Origin: Pelagomonas calceolata
Taxonomy: Eukaryota
NCBI GenBank assembly: GCA_918797485.1
Contig: CAKKNE010000004.1
Span: 2,356,001-2,420,000, forward strand
Reading direction: 5' to 3'
Length of the DNA stretch: 64,000 nt
Shown in pieces: positions 50,092 through 60,600 of the stretch (positions within the stretch are counted from its first letter, which is position 1; every line of letters begins with the position of its first letter). The notes under the pieces are model-generated. The model was not told where the DNA came from and searched no databases. It worked only from the letters and a program-made list of their open reading frames with translations. The translations under genes were made by a program, and so were the position numbers.

Positions 50092-51657
50092 CTAGAAGTA
50101 CCGTCGGACCTCGCAGGGAGGCCTATCGGAATAAATCACCGGCAGCTCAGCATCACTCGGAGTAGACGCCATGCTCGCCGACCGCACGTACCGCGTCCGT
50201 ACCCCTGCATAAGCGGTCGCCGGCAACCCGTTGAAATCGCAGGCGCCGGCGCTCGTGTAGGCGCCGCAGCAGGGAAAGAGGAGCCAGTCGCCGCGCCGTA
50301 TTTCAGGAGCGTTTTCGACGCGCGAGAAGACCACGTCCAGCGAATCGCACGTCGGCCCGAAAACCGTTGTCAATGCATCAGACCCGTCCACGCTCGAACC
50401 GCCGACGACGACGGCGTGGGGCAGCCAGCCATCGTAGACGATCGCGTTAAACGCGCCGTAGACCCCATCCGAGATCCAGCACTGGCGCTCCTCCCTCCTA
50501 CTGTCGTTGGAGACGAGCTCCCTGCTTCTGGAACCGACCACCCGACAGCACAACGCGGCAGACGCCTCGGCGAAGTAGCGGCCCGGCTCCGCGATGATTT
50601 GTAATGAGGGATACTGCTCCAGCGGGAAGTACTTTGTCAGCGCTTGATTAAGCGCATCTACGACAGTAGTATCACCGGACGCCGACACGGCCGCATTGCC
50701 ATCATCACTAAAACCACCACAAAAACCACCGCCCACGTCTAAGACGTCCAAAGGTGTAGCATGCGGCCTTAACGTAGTATACAGGTCGAAGACGCGCTTC
50801 GCCGCACAAACGGCGTCCGCGAAGGCCTTCGGCGACCGCGCGCCGGACCCGACGTGGAAGGCGACGCCGCGTAAGTTAATAGATCGTTCTGCACAGGCCT
50901 CTATGAGTCCGGCAATCTCGCCCTCCAAACAACCATACTTGGCACCGAAGGGTAAACGACTGGCGGAGTCGTCCGCGCGGATCCGCAGCAACACGCGGCA
51001 GTTCGTTTTCTCTAATTTGTCCAATTCATCGATACAATCGAAGGTCGTCAGCGCTATGCCGGACGCGTGCAGGAACGCTATATCAGAGGGCAGCTTGCAG
51101 GGGTTCGCGAAGACAATCCTCGACGGGGGACAGCCCGCGTCGAGCGCCAACCGAGCCTCCTTCTCGGACGCGCAGTCGAAGCCGCATCCCTTCGTAGCGA
51201 GGGCCTTGATTAACTGAGAGTCCGGGAAGCACTTGACGGCGTATCTAGGTTCTATGCGCGGAAAGGCAGAACGCCACGCCTCGAGCAGCCTCTCCGCCGC
51301 GCCGAGGTCTACCACGTACATGGGTCCGGCGAAGTCCGCGCCCGCTTTTTGTACAACCGTCGCACAGTAGGCGGACAAGCCGGCGGCGCGGCCGTTCGGG
51401 ATGGCCTCGACGCTCGTGGACGGCGGCAAGGAGCCGCCCGCATTTGTGACAGGTTCGACGGCGGCGGGCGGCGCTCTTCTGGAAGGCCACTCGGCGGGCC
51501 ACTCGACGGCTTTTGCGGGAGGCGGTTTTGTGGCTCCGTCGAGGCGCGCGGACCACTGCGCGTTGATCTCGGAGATGCGCGCGTCGCGGCGGGACCAGGC
51601 GTCGGCCTGGATCTGGGAGAGGGAGTTGGCGCGCGGCCGGCTCGCGAGCTCGCTCAT
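50092..51657 (-). CDS. ODC1: Ornithine decarboxylase (fold-type III PLP enzyme)
   Basis: YAVKC (PLP Lys), FDCAS, FANPCK, FHVGS, DVGGGF, EPGRY, GPTCDSLD, GAYT. Confidence 0.92.
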   Translation of the reverse strand: MSELASRPRANSLSQIQADAWSRRDARISEINAQWSARLDGATKPPPAKAVEWPAEWPSRRAPPAAVEPVTNAGGSLPPSTSVEAIPNGRAAGLSAYCATVVQKAGADFAGPMYVVDLGAAERLLEAWRSAFPRIEPRYAVKCFPDSQLIKALATKGCGFDCASEKEARLALDAGCPPSRIVFANPCKLPSDIAFLHASGIALTTFDCIDELDKLEKTNCRVLLRIRADDSASRLPFGAKYGCLEGEIAGLIEACAERSINLRGVAFHVGSGARSPKAFADAVCAAKRVFDLYTTLRPHATPLDVLDVGGGFCGGFSDDGNAAVSASGDTTVVDALNQALTKYFPLEQYPSLQIIAEPGRYFAEASAALCCRVVGSRSRELVSNDSRREERQCWISDGVYGAFNAIVYDGWLPHAVVVGGSSVDGSDALTTVFGPTCDSLDVVFSRVENAPEIRRGDWLLFPCCGAYTSAGACDFNGLPATAYAGVRTRYVRSASMASTPSDAELPVIYSDRPPCEVRRYF

Positions 51658-52010
51658 CGCTGCGACGGCGTGTGGTGTGGTGCTCTCTGTCACCAGGCTG
51701 TCCCTCTGCTGTCACCACGCGTCGTCGTGCCGTTTTTGTAACCTGGGGCCACTCTTGCGCCAGCGATTGAGCGGCCGGTGCCACAGTTGCAGCGCTGCGT
51801 TCGCTCGTTAGCCGTGGCGCCTTTGCCAAAGTCGCTCTCCAGCTCCAGCAAAGTGGCCAGCGCTATTGCAGGCGCTGGACGGACGCATCACTCGCGAATT
51901 GTGCAGTGCGTGAAGCCACGGCACCGCTGCGCAGCGCCGCGATCGAAAAACGAGGCCGCGGCCGCCTACGCGCCGCCCCTCCAGCATCTGGCCAGCACCT
52001 CCACTGACCA

Positions 52011-52040
52011 CTCACGCCGACTCACGCCGACTCACGCCGA
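52011..52040. repeat. Tandem 10-mer x3 in the 5' leader of the GT2 gene
   Basis: ctcacgccga three times, then decaying cgccgccgac. Confidence 0.9.
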
Positions 52041-52064
52041 CGCCGCCGACGCGCGCCGTCACGA

Positions 52065-52808
52065 ATGGCGGACCTCCTCGCGAACGCCTTCGGCGCGATC
52101 AATCTGGATCTCGCGCCGCGCGTCTCGGTCGTCGTACCGACGCGCGGCACGAAACCGGAGCAGCTCGACCGCGCCCTGCGTTCGGTATTAGCGCAGACGC
52201 TGCCTCCCTACGAGATTATTGTTGTCGTCGACGGCGACGCTCAAAAGGCGGCAAGCATTAGACCACCGCCGGGTCCCTGTAAGATCGCCGTCCTCGCGTT
52301 GGGTCAGCCGTCGAACGGCCGGCCCGGCCTCGTGCGGAACCGGGGCTGCGGCGCGGCCCGAGGCGACTGGGTCGCGTTTTTGGACGACGACGACGTGTGG
52401 GCGCCGGACAAGCTCCGGTTGCAATTAGAGGCCATGCGTAATGACTCGACAAGGTTCTGCTGCACGGCGGCGGTCGGGACGGCCGTGCCGTGTAGAAGGC
52501 GCCTGGTCCTGGGCGACATCATGCAGCACAACTGCGTGGTGTGCTCGTCGGTCGTCGTGTGTATGACCGTGCTGCGAAACGCTCAATTCTTCGGCGACGA
52601 GCCGTACGGCCAGGACTGGCGCTGCTGGCAGCGGTGTCTGCAGCACACGGACGGGTCCTACCTGCCCGACGCGCTCGTGCGGCTGAACGACGACGCGTCG
52701 GACCTCGACCGGTCCACGGTGCGCGCGGAAGGGCGCCAGGCGCTCCGCGCGGCGATCGGCGAGACGGCGCCCGCGGCGCTCGCCGCGCAGTTCGCGGGGT
52801 TCATGTGA
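52065..52808 (+). CDS. Glycosyltransferase family 2
   Basis: VSVVVPT, SVLAQT, EIIVVVDG, RNRG...ARGDWVAFLDDDD, KLRLQL, QDW. Confidence 0.9.
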   Translation: MADLLANAFGAINLDLAPRVSVVVPTRGTKPEQLDRALRSVLAQTLPPYEIIVVVDGDAQKAASIRPPPGPCKIAVLALGQPSNGRPGLVRNRGCGAARGDWVAFLDDDDVWAPDKLRLQLEAMRNDSTRFCCTAAVGTAVPCRRRLVLGDIMQHNCVVCSSVVVCMTVLRNAQFFGDEPYGQDWRCWQRCLQHTDGSYLPDALVRLNDDASDLDRSTVRAEGRQALRAAIGETAPAALAAQFAGFM

Positions 52809-53107
52809 TATCTAAGTGAGTTCTATATATCGACGTTAGTGCAGAGCTGGGGATGTGGGGGCGACGCTCAGTGTGATGCATGTTTTCGAGTGGCTCTGGA
52901 GGAGCTGGCTGCGCGAGGTCCGTGATGGTGCCTAGCCGTTGCCGGTGTCGCCGCTAAGGTCGGCGGCCTTGGCCTGGTCAGACTTCTTCGCGTCGAGGTT
53001 TGTCGTGCCATTGTGCACTGCAAGCCCCGCGCCCCGTCGACGCCGTATCCCGCCGACGGGCTATGTTACGCAATTCACAGTCGATGACTTATAGGGGATA
53101 GGGGAAG

Positions 53108-56100
53108 TTAACTAGCGCCGCTCGCGATGCCCGCGAAACTCGTCGGGCCCTTCGCCGGCGCCTTGCCCGCGCCCGATCGTGAGGAGGGAAAGCCCTGCGA
53201 CGACGCGTCGAGGCCGAAGAGCGACGAGAGGCTGACGGCCGTCTTCGCCGCCTTGGCCGCGTGCGACTTGGCCGAGGGCGCGCCGGCGGAGTGCGACCGA
53301 TCTAACGCCGCGAAGAAGGAGCCGCATCGCCCGAGCAAAGTGTCCTCGGCCTGCTGCGACACGCCGGTCCCCAGGCGCGGCTTCTTCGCGGCCGGCAGCC
53401 AGGCCGCTTGCGAGTCTGAGGCGGATCTGATGAGTGATGGCGCGCGATCCAAGGAGGAAGGCAGCTCGCCCGACCGCTGCGACGACACCGATCTAGATGA
53501 TTGCGTCCGCGAGAGCATGGACAGGATGAGCTGCGAGTCCTCGTCGGCATCCAAGAGAGCGGCGCCGCCCTGCGACGCCTCGCCGTTCGCCTCCCTTTCT
53601 GCTTTTTCCCGCGCGGCCTTCTCGTCGAGCACGCGGCGCATCTTGGCTCTTCTAGCCCACTGTCTTGACTTAATCTTGATGGCAACCTCGTCCTCCTCGG
53701 AATCCGATCCAGCCTTAACAGCTTCGGCCTCGTCCTCGGACTCGGACTCGCTCTCGGAGATGAGTGGCTCCTGCTTCCTCCTCAATCTATCTCCCAAGTG
53801 GCGGTTCTTGAGCTCCTGGGAGATCAAAGCAGCTAGCCCGCGCTCCTCGTCGCCCTCGTCGTCGCCGTCCTCCTCCTCCTCATCATCCGAACCGGCTCTG
53901 AGTTTGCGGATCTCCTCGTCATCCGAATCCTCCAGTCCCAACCTTTTGGCCTCCTTCCTTGCGGACGCGTCCATACCAACAAGATCATCGATCCGGAACG
54001 CGCCGCCGCGCGCGTCCTGGCCCCCGAAACCGTCTCGCACCCGCCGCAACATCTGGGCCATCTCCTCGCGCTCCCGTTTGCGCTCCTCCTTGGCCCGCTG
54101 CTGCTCCGCGCCTTCTTCGTCACCTTCGCCATCACTCAATTCGTCGACGACGGCCTCGAGGTCATCTTCCGTGATCTTGACGTCCTCCTGCTCCTCCTGG
54201 TCCTGCTTCGGCTTGGAGACCCCGAACCCGAAGTCCCCGAGGCCCATCTGGGCCTGTCCCTCCTCGTCGCTTTCCTCGGCCTCCCCTTCGATGCCGTGCG
54301 CGGTTTTTTGTTTGGCCCTCTTCGCGTCGGCCTCGAGCATCGCCTTGTAGGCGGCGTTCCGGTCCTTCTTGGGTTGGTCTTGGTCCTCTTCAATATCCAT
54401 GTCCTCGATGCGCGGCGCCGCGTCGTCATCATTGTCGGCGCCTTCGGCCGGCGCGGCGACGGCGACAGGTTCGGCCGCCTTGTTGGGCGAGTCTTCGACG
54501 GGCGCCTGGTCTTCGGCCGCCTGGGCCGCCGTGACGCCGTCCGCCGCCTCGTCTTCCGCCGCTGGAGCCAGGTCCTCGGCGAGCGCCGTGGCCGACGCGG
54601 CCGGCGCCATCTCCGAGTCCTCGGCCGCCTGCTCCGCGGACACGCCGTCCGCCGCCTCCGCGGGCACATCTGCCGCCGGCGCGAGGTCCTCGGCGAGCGC
54701 CGTGGCCGACGGCGCCGGCTCCGGCGAGGGAGAAGACCACGCCTCGGGCGACTCCTCCGGCACCGTCGACAAGCGCCGCTCGGCATCTAAACAAGCCTGG
54801 ATCGCGTCCTGGGCCGCGGCCCGATCCATCGCTAAGGCGTCCTCGGCGTCCGGAACAAACAATTCCTCCTCGCGCGCGTCGATCTCCGCGAAGCGCCGGC
54901 CCGCGGCCCGCAGCTTCTGTTCTAATTCCCTTTCTTCCCTATCTCTACGCTCCGCTTCCCGCGCTTCGACCACTCGTTGGGCATCTAACGCCTCCAAACG
55001 TCTCACGTAGTCATCGGCCGAGATGTCTTCCACGGACGCCTGCTCGGCGTACTTGACCATGCCCGCTCTGGCCGCTTTCGCTCGTAATTTATCACGCAAA
55101 GCTCTACGACCGCCGGCTCGCTTCGTCCTAGCTCGTTTCAGAGCCTCGACCGTCGTGCTCTTGGAAGGAGACAGGGACTCGCGCCGCGCCTTCTTCGCCG
55201 GCGACGGCGCGCCCACGATCTCGAGCTCGACGTCGGAGTCGTCATCAGAAGACTCCTCCTTCATGAGCTTCGCGAGCGTCGCCCGCGCCGCGAGCTCCTC
55301 TTTACGAGCATCTTCCTCGAAGCGCTGCTTGATCGACGCCGCCAAGGCTTCTCGTTTCGCCTCGGCCTCCTGGTCCGCGGCCGCCTCCTCCGCGGCGATG
55401 GCCTCCTCGATGGCCGCGGCGCGTTTTGCCGCCTCGAGCTGGGCCTCGGTCTCGGCGACCTCCTCGGGGAGCTTTTCTTGCGGCTTGTCTTCCGTCTCGC
55501 AGAGCTGGGCGTACTCGGCGGCGTGGGCCTCCGGATCGAACGCCGGCGCGTCGGCCGCTTCCACCGACTTACGCTTCTTCGTCGACTTGCGCTTCTTGCA
55601 CTTGATCATAGGAGCTTCATCTTTATACCGCCGCTTGTCTTCCTCTGACAAAGCCTTCCAGAGCACTCCTAACCTTTTCGTCGCCTCGGCGTTGCGCTTG
55701 CCCCCCGACAGCTCGGCGAAGGCCTCGTCACCGTCGACCTCCGCGCGCACCTCGCTGCGCTTGAGTTTTGAGAAGTACAAATACGGGTTCATCGGGCGCT
55801 CCTCCGTGTCGTCCTCGGCTACGACGGGAGCCTCCTCCTCCTCCTCGTCCTCGACCAGGTCGTCAAAGCCCAGGCGCCGCGCCTCGGACGGCGGCGCCTC
55901 GTCGTCGTCGCTCTCCGAGGACTCCTGGGGCGCCGCCTGCTGGGCCAATGCTTCCACAATAGCGGCCTTGACGAGGGCCTTGCGCGCGCCCTTGACCTTG
56001 ATGCCGCCGAAGGCCGCCTTCAATTCATTGGTAATCGTCTTGACGGTCACGGTCTGCAAATCGGTTTCTCGCGAGACCCGCGCGGCGACCCAGCGCCGGA

Positions 56101-56440
56101 GCTCGTCGTCGGCCGGCTCCGTCGCCGCCGCGATCTTCGGCGACTGCACGGCGACGGGCGACGGCGCCTTGGGCGGCGGCGATTTGGGGGGCGGCGTCGG
56201 CGCCTTCGGGACCGGCGACCAGCCCTCGGCGCGCGGCGGCGAGGTCGCCGTCCTGGGCGGCGACACCGGCGACGGCGCCGACCAGGCGTCCAGGGACTCG
56301 GGCGCGCCCCAGGCGTCCTGGGATTGGTCGGGATTGAACTCGAGCGCGCTCTCCTCGGCGATGTCGCACGCTTGGGAGGCGGGAACCAGCTGCGTCGGCG
56401 CGCACTCGCCCTCGATGTCGTCCTGGGAGGTCCAGTCCAT
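53108..56440 (-). CDS. Acidic nuclear protein with DEK-C-like, HMG-box and Mrc1/Claspin-like regions
   Basis: DLQTVTVKTITNELKAAFG (DEK-C-like); RPMNPYLYFSK...LGVLWKALSEEDKRRY (HMG box); IEGEAEESDEE...GLG (MRC1-like); SQ/TQ sites. Confidence 0.75.
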   Translation of the reverse strand: MDWTSQDDIEGECAPTQLVPASQACDIAEESALEFNPDQSQDAWGAPESLDAWSAPSPVSPPRTATSPPRAEGWSPVPKAPTPPPKSPPPKAPSPVAVQSPKIAAATEPADDELRRWVAARVSRETDLQTVTVKTITNELKAAFGGIKVKGARKALVKAAIVEALAQQAAPQESSESDDDEAPPSEARRLGFDDLVEDEEEEEAPVVAEDDTEERPMNPYLYFSKLKRSEVRAEVDGDEAFAELSGGKRNAEATKRLGVLWKALSEEDKRRYKDEAPMIKCKKRKSTKKRKSVEAADAPAFDPEAHAAEYAQLCETEDKPQEKLPEEVAETEAQLEAAKRAAAIEEAIAAEEAAADQEAEAKREALAASIKQRFEEDARKEELAARATLAKLMKEESSDDDSDVELEIVGAPSPAKKARRESLSPSKSTTVEALKRARTKRAGGRRALRDKLRAKAARAGMVKYAEQASVEDISADDYVRRLEALDAQRVVEAREAERRDREERELEQKLRAAGRRFAEIDAREEELFVPDAEDALAMDRAAAQDAIQACLDAERRLSTVPEESPEAWSSPSPEPAPSATALAEDLAPAADVPAEAADGVSAEQAAEDSEMAPAASATALAEDLAPAAEDEAADGVTAAQAAEDQAPVEDSPNKAAEPVAVAAPAEGADNDDDAAPRIEDMDIEEDQDQPKKDRNAAYKAMLEADAKRAKQKTAHGIEGEAEESDEEGQAQMGLGDFGFGVSKPKQDQEEQEDVKITEDDLEAVVDELSDGEGDEEGAEQQRAKEERKREREEMAQMLRRVRDGFGGQDARGGAFRIDDLVGMDASARKEAKRLGLEDSDDEEIRKLRAGSDDEEEEDGDDEGDEERGLAALISQELKNRHLGDRLRRKQEPLISESESESEDEAEAVKAGSDSEEDEVAIKIKSRQWARRAKMRRVLDEKAAREKAEREANGEASQGGAALLDADEDSQLILSMLSRTQSSRSVSSQRSGELPSSLDRAPSLIRSASDSQAAWLPAAKKPRLGTGVSQQAEDTLLGRCGSFFAALDRSHSAGAPSAKSHAAKAAKTAVSLSSLFGLDASSQGFPSSRSGAGKAPAKGPTSFAGIASGAS
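54510..54712 (-). repeat. Intragenic tandem duplication (about 36 codons x2)
   Basis: SATALAEDLAPAADVPAEAADGVSAEQAAED / SATALAEDLAPAAEDEAADGVTAAQAAED. Confidence 0.85.
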
Positions 56441-56968
56441 CGTTTGTACTGCGCTTGAGTTGCGTGCGCGGCGTTTATGGCGCGAGCGTCGCGCTTGGAG
56501 CGTGCGCGGCTCTGTGAAGCGGCGCAGTGATTTACGCGCCAACTGCGTATCGCGCGCCAAACCTCTTGCACCCGCAGTGACAACGGTTGTACAGGAAGCC
56601 GCGAGTGAGCGCGCTTGTTGCCTGCTTGCTCACAGAGCGTGTTTGCAGCGGCTCAGTTTGATTTCAGCCGCTTGCTCTCCTAGTGTGGCTCTCACGCTAG
56701 GTCTTCGAGCACGACTCGCTCGCAGCCTGATCCGCACTCGCCCACGACTCCTCCGACGGCTGCGGCGAGAGCTACCGGAAGGCCGGCTCGCGGACGAGGC
56801 GGTGGCGCTAGCCTCCGTCCCCAGCGCTAAATCGGCTTAGCCCGTGGGCGTACGGCTGCCTCGCGTCGGTCGGGCGAAGCCCAGGTCTCAACGAATCACC
56901 ACCGGGCTGCCTCTCGACGCGGAGCCCGAGCGACCACCCAGAGAGGACACAGCACCCCCAAGCCAAGG

Positions 56969-57655
56969 ATGGCGGCCGTCGGCGCCGACGCCTTGGAGCA
57001 GTTCGCCGACTACGAGGCCTACCTCGACAGCCAAGTCTCCGAGACGGACATGTACTACTTGGAGGACGAGGAGATGGCCCGGCAATTGGTCGAGCTCGGC
57101 TACCGTGGCTCCGGAGACACGTTAAAAAGGGACGAGTTCGAGGCGAGGCGTCGAGCGCTGAGAGAACGAGGCACGCAGCGCGCGAACGTGCCCAAGGCAT
57201 TGGCTTCCCATGGAAAGGATCTATCAGGGAACCCGTTCCTGGCGGCGCTGGCGTCGCGAGAAGCCCTCGTAAGGAACGGCAAGTTGACCTCGATCATTTT
57301 CGTGCGGACGACGAACGCGAAGGGTCAACAGGTCTCGGCCTACATCGACTACGCGCATAGGTTAAAAACGGAGGACTTCGGCCCCTACTTCGCCGGCGAG
57401 AAGAAGCTCATGCCCAAGCCGACAGATTTATCCTACTACAACTGGGAGACGCAGGCCTCGACGCACAACTCCACACCCAATTTCCAGGTCGTCGCGGACC
57501 AGGAGGGCCTCCTCTTCAAAAACAAGCGGGACCGGAAGGTGGTCAACGTCGACCCGGCGGCGCCTCCCGGAGATAATTCCTCAAGGAACGAGCTCGAGTG
57601 CGAGGACTACCTCCAGGTGACGATTTTCGACCACCTGACGCGGCGCAAGAACTAA
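56969..57655 (+). CDS. CFAP299: Cilia- and flagella-associated protein 299 (C4orf22/DUF4464)
   Basis: F..YE.YLDSQ....D.YYLEDE..ARQLVELGYRG, IDYAHRLK, DLSYYNW, GLLFKNKRDRK, PGDNS.R, FDH.TRRK. Confidence 0.92.
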   Translation: MAAVGADALEQFADYEAYLDSQVSETDMYYLEDEEMARQLVELGYRGSGDTLKRDEFEARRRALRERGTQRANVPKALASHGKDLSGNPFLAALASREALVRNGKLTSIIFVRTTNAKGQQVSAYIDYAHRLKTEDFGPYFAGEKKLMPKPTDLSYYNWETQASTHNSTPNFQVVADQEGLLFKNKRDRKVVNVDPAAPPGDNSSRNELECEDYLQVTIFDHLTRRKN

Positions 57656-57680
57656 AACGGGGGATCGCATAACATGGGAT

Positions 57681-60600
57681 TCACTTAGACAGGATGCGCC
57701 GCGCCGCGCCGGCCGGCACGCCCACCTCGACGAGGTCCTCGACGGAGACGTGAGCCAGCGCGTCGTCGTCGATCTCGTTCTCGATGAACAGCTCGAGCAG
57801 ACCCGAGAGACCCTCGTTCGCCAGTGCGACGGCGACCAGAGCGTATCCATCAGGCGCGACGTCGCCGGTCGGCGCGACGTCGGGCGTGACCCTTCCGAGC
57901 CCGTCGGCGACAATTTGCTGAAGATTGCGCAGATTCTGGTTCTCGTCGCGCAGGCGCGATATCTCATTCGCCTGGCTAGCGATGTTCTCCTTGTCTGCGA
58001 TCCTTTCGCGGAGCTGGCGCGCGCGCTCGACAGCCCGGCGTGCTTGTTCCTCGGCGTCGCGTAGCTCGGCCGCCAGTCCTCCCGCCGCGTCGCCCGGCGC
58101 CGCAGCCGTGCTCGACGCGGCCAGCGCCCGTGCCAACTCCGCGTCCTCGGCCTCGCGTCGCCGCGCCGCATCGGCGTCCTCGGCGGCGAGCGAGGCCGCA
58201 AGCACCGCGTCGATGTCCTCTTCCGGCTCGTCAGCGACCGCCGGCGCCGGCGCCGAGGCCTCGCGCGCGCTCAGCTCCAGCGCGGCGAGCAGTTGCTTGT
58301 CGCCGTCGTCGCCGCGGCTCTCAGCGCACGACGCGTCCAGGCCGCGCTCTAGATCGGCCGGCGCCACGGCTGCATCGGCCGCGAGCGACGCAGCAGGCCG
58401 CTTCGACTCGGCCAGCGCCCGTTCCATCTCCGCGTCTTCTGCCGCGCGGCGCCGCGCCGCGTCGGCCTCGCTTTCCGCCATTGACGCCGCCACGGCCGCA
58501 CCTAAATCCTCGGTCGTCTCGGCCGGCTCGGCCGGCGGCTCCTCTTTCGACTCCGCCACGCCTCCCACTCCTCTTTCGACTAACTCGTCACGCGCCCGCC
58601 GCTCTAGCTTTTCCTCGTCCTTCACCTCGTCGGACTCGTAGCCTACTCCGTGTAACCTCGCGAGCCGCTCGCGCTCGAAGCGTCTGAGTTCACGTTCCTG
58701 TCGCTTCAGCTCGTCGCGTTCGTAGGCTTCGTAGGCTTCCCGCGATGCCGCCAGCGCCATGAGCTCCGAGTTATCGTTGACCTCCCGGAAGGTCCGCGCC
58801 CGGTCGGCGCGTCGTTGCTCGTCTTTTAGACTATTCGCCACGACGTCCTGTTCGAACTTGTCCGCGAGGGCGGCGCGCGCGCGCGCCTCGGCGAGGCTAG
58901 CTTCCTGTGCGCGCCGTAGCGCTTCCATCTCGCTTAATGGTTCAGGTTCGCGCCGCGGCGGCCGTGGCGGTCTCGCCGGAGCCGCCGCGTCGTCGACCGC
59001 GCGCCGCTCGTCGATCTCGGGCGCCGGCGCGCGGTTGGCAGCGCCCGCCGCGCGGTCGACGCTGTTGACGGCCTCTTCGACGTCGAGCATTTCCTTCGCG
59101 ATCCCGTCGGGATGGTCGTGCGCGACGGCGCGCATGGGATCGTCGGCAGCCGTCGGCGACCACTTGATCTTGAAGAGGATCTTGTCCTTGACCGTCTGAT
59201 GAGATACGTGCCAGTACTCGGGGCAGTCGAAGAAGTCGTGGACTCGTCGCCGATGCTGAGCCTCGAAGACGAACTTCTTCTCCTCGCCGACTGAGGCCCT
59301 CTCCGCGAAGCGCACGGCCTCGCGAAAATTCTCCCGGAGTGACGCGTCGGCGTCGCCCGCGCCGTCGTCCGGGAGCAGCCGTAACAAGTCCGGGAAGTCC
59401 TTGCGCCGCTGTTTCTTAAACGTCAAGACGAGCTTCTTCGGCTCCGTCCCGCGCGACACGTGCCGCACCGGCGCGTAAAGTTCGTCGGCATCTAACACAC
59501 TATGCAGGCGCTTTCGCACCTCGCGAGTAAGCTGTAGCTCCCGGCGGGCATCAGCGAAGCGCGGGTCCTTGTAGAGGTCCGCGAACATCTTCGCGGCGCG
59601 CAACGCGTCGTTAAAGCTACTGACGCGCTGCTCCCGCACGAGCCGCGCCGCCGTCTCCGGCTCCTCGGCCCTCGACAGGTCTAGCACGCTGCCCACGAGC
59701 TTCGCCTCCGCCCTCCGCGCTAGAGGGTCATCGACGTCGAATTGTAACTGCTTGATGCGCTTCTCGACGGCATTGATGATTGTTTCGTAGCGGTAGAACA
59801 TCCCTCTCATGATATCATGGTTTCCGTTGACGAGCTTGCCCCGCGGCGCCGCTGCACCGCTTGGAATCCAGCGTGGCTGCTGCTGCGACGACGACCTTGA
59901 GCACCGCATCGCCGCGTCGAAGGCGTTCTGGAGCGCGTCGCCGCGCCCGGTCGTCCGCACATCCAACGCCAGCTCGTGACACCGCGCCCAGCGTTCTGCC
60001 GCGTCCGAAGCTACCCCATGTCGATCAACGGCCAGCAACCAATTGATGGCCGACCGAGGAACCAATTTCCCGCGATCCAAAAGGATGCGCAGACCTGTGT
60101 GGAAATCAACCAGTGAGCTATCGCCGTCGCGTCGATGGCGTGGGGCGTCTGAAGTTTTGATTTCACACAGGCGCAGACTGCTAATCATCGCCGTCGCCGA
60201 GGGGGAGAACGCCCTGGTGCTCGGCGAGAAGACCGTCGTCGCCTTCAACGCGGCATCGGCCGCGGCCCACGCGCGTAGTTCGTCATCGGAGCGCGGGTCG
60301 CGCGCAGCGTATGCCGCAGGCGCCGCCTCTTTCGCGAGCAAGACAATCTGATAAAACGCGCCGCGGGCCAGCGCGAAATAAAGCTCGTCTCCGTCGTTGT
60401 CGCCGCCGGCCATTTTATCGGGTTCGGGGCGCTCGCCCTGGTAGCTGAAGACTGCGACGTCACATAGGTGGCGCCACGCCGGCCGGCCCGCTACGGCCAT
60501 TAATTTACGTACGTCGCCCTTGTTGCAGCACGGCGACCGGAAGCAGAGCACGGGTCCGACGTAAGCTCCATTACCTAACAACACCTCGCCTTCCGCCAAC

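Noticed and set aside
52809..53107. 300-bp convergent intergenic region with hairpins and a short coding-like minus-strand stretch (LDAKKSDQAKAADLSGDTGNG)
   Set aside because: No convincing splice donor linking it to the upstream gene, and no complete snoRNA, tRNA or SECIS signature.
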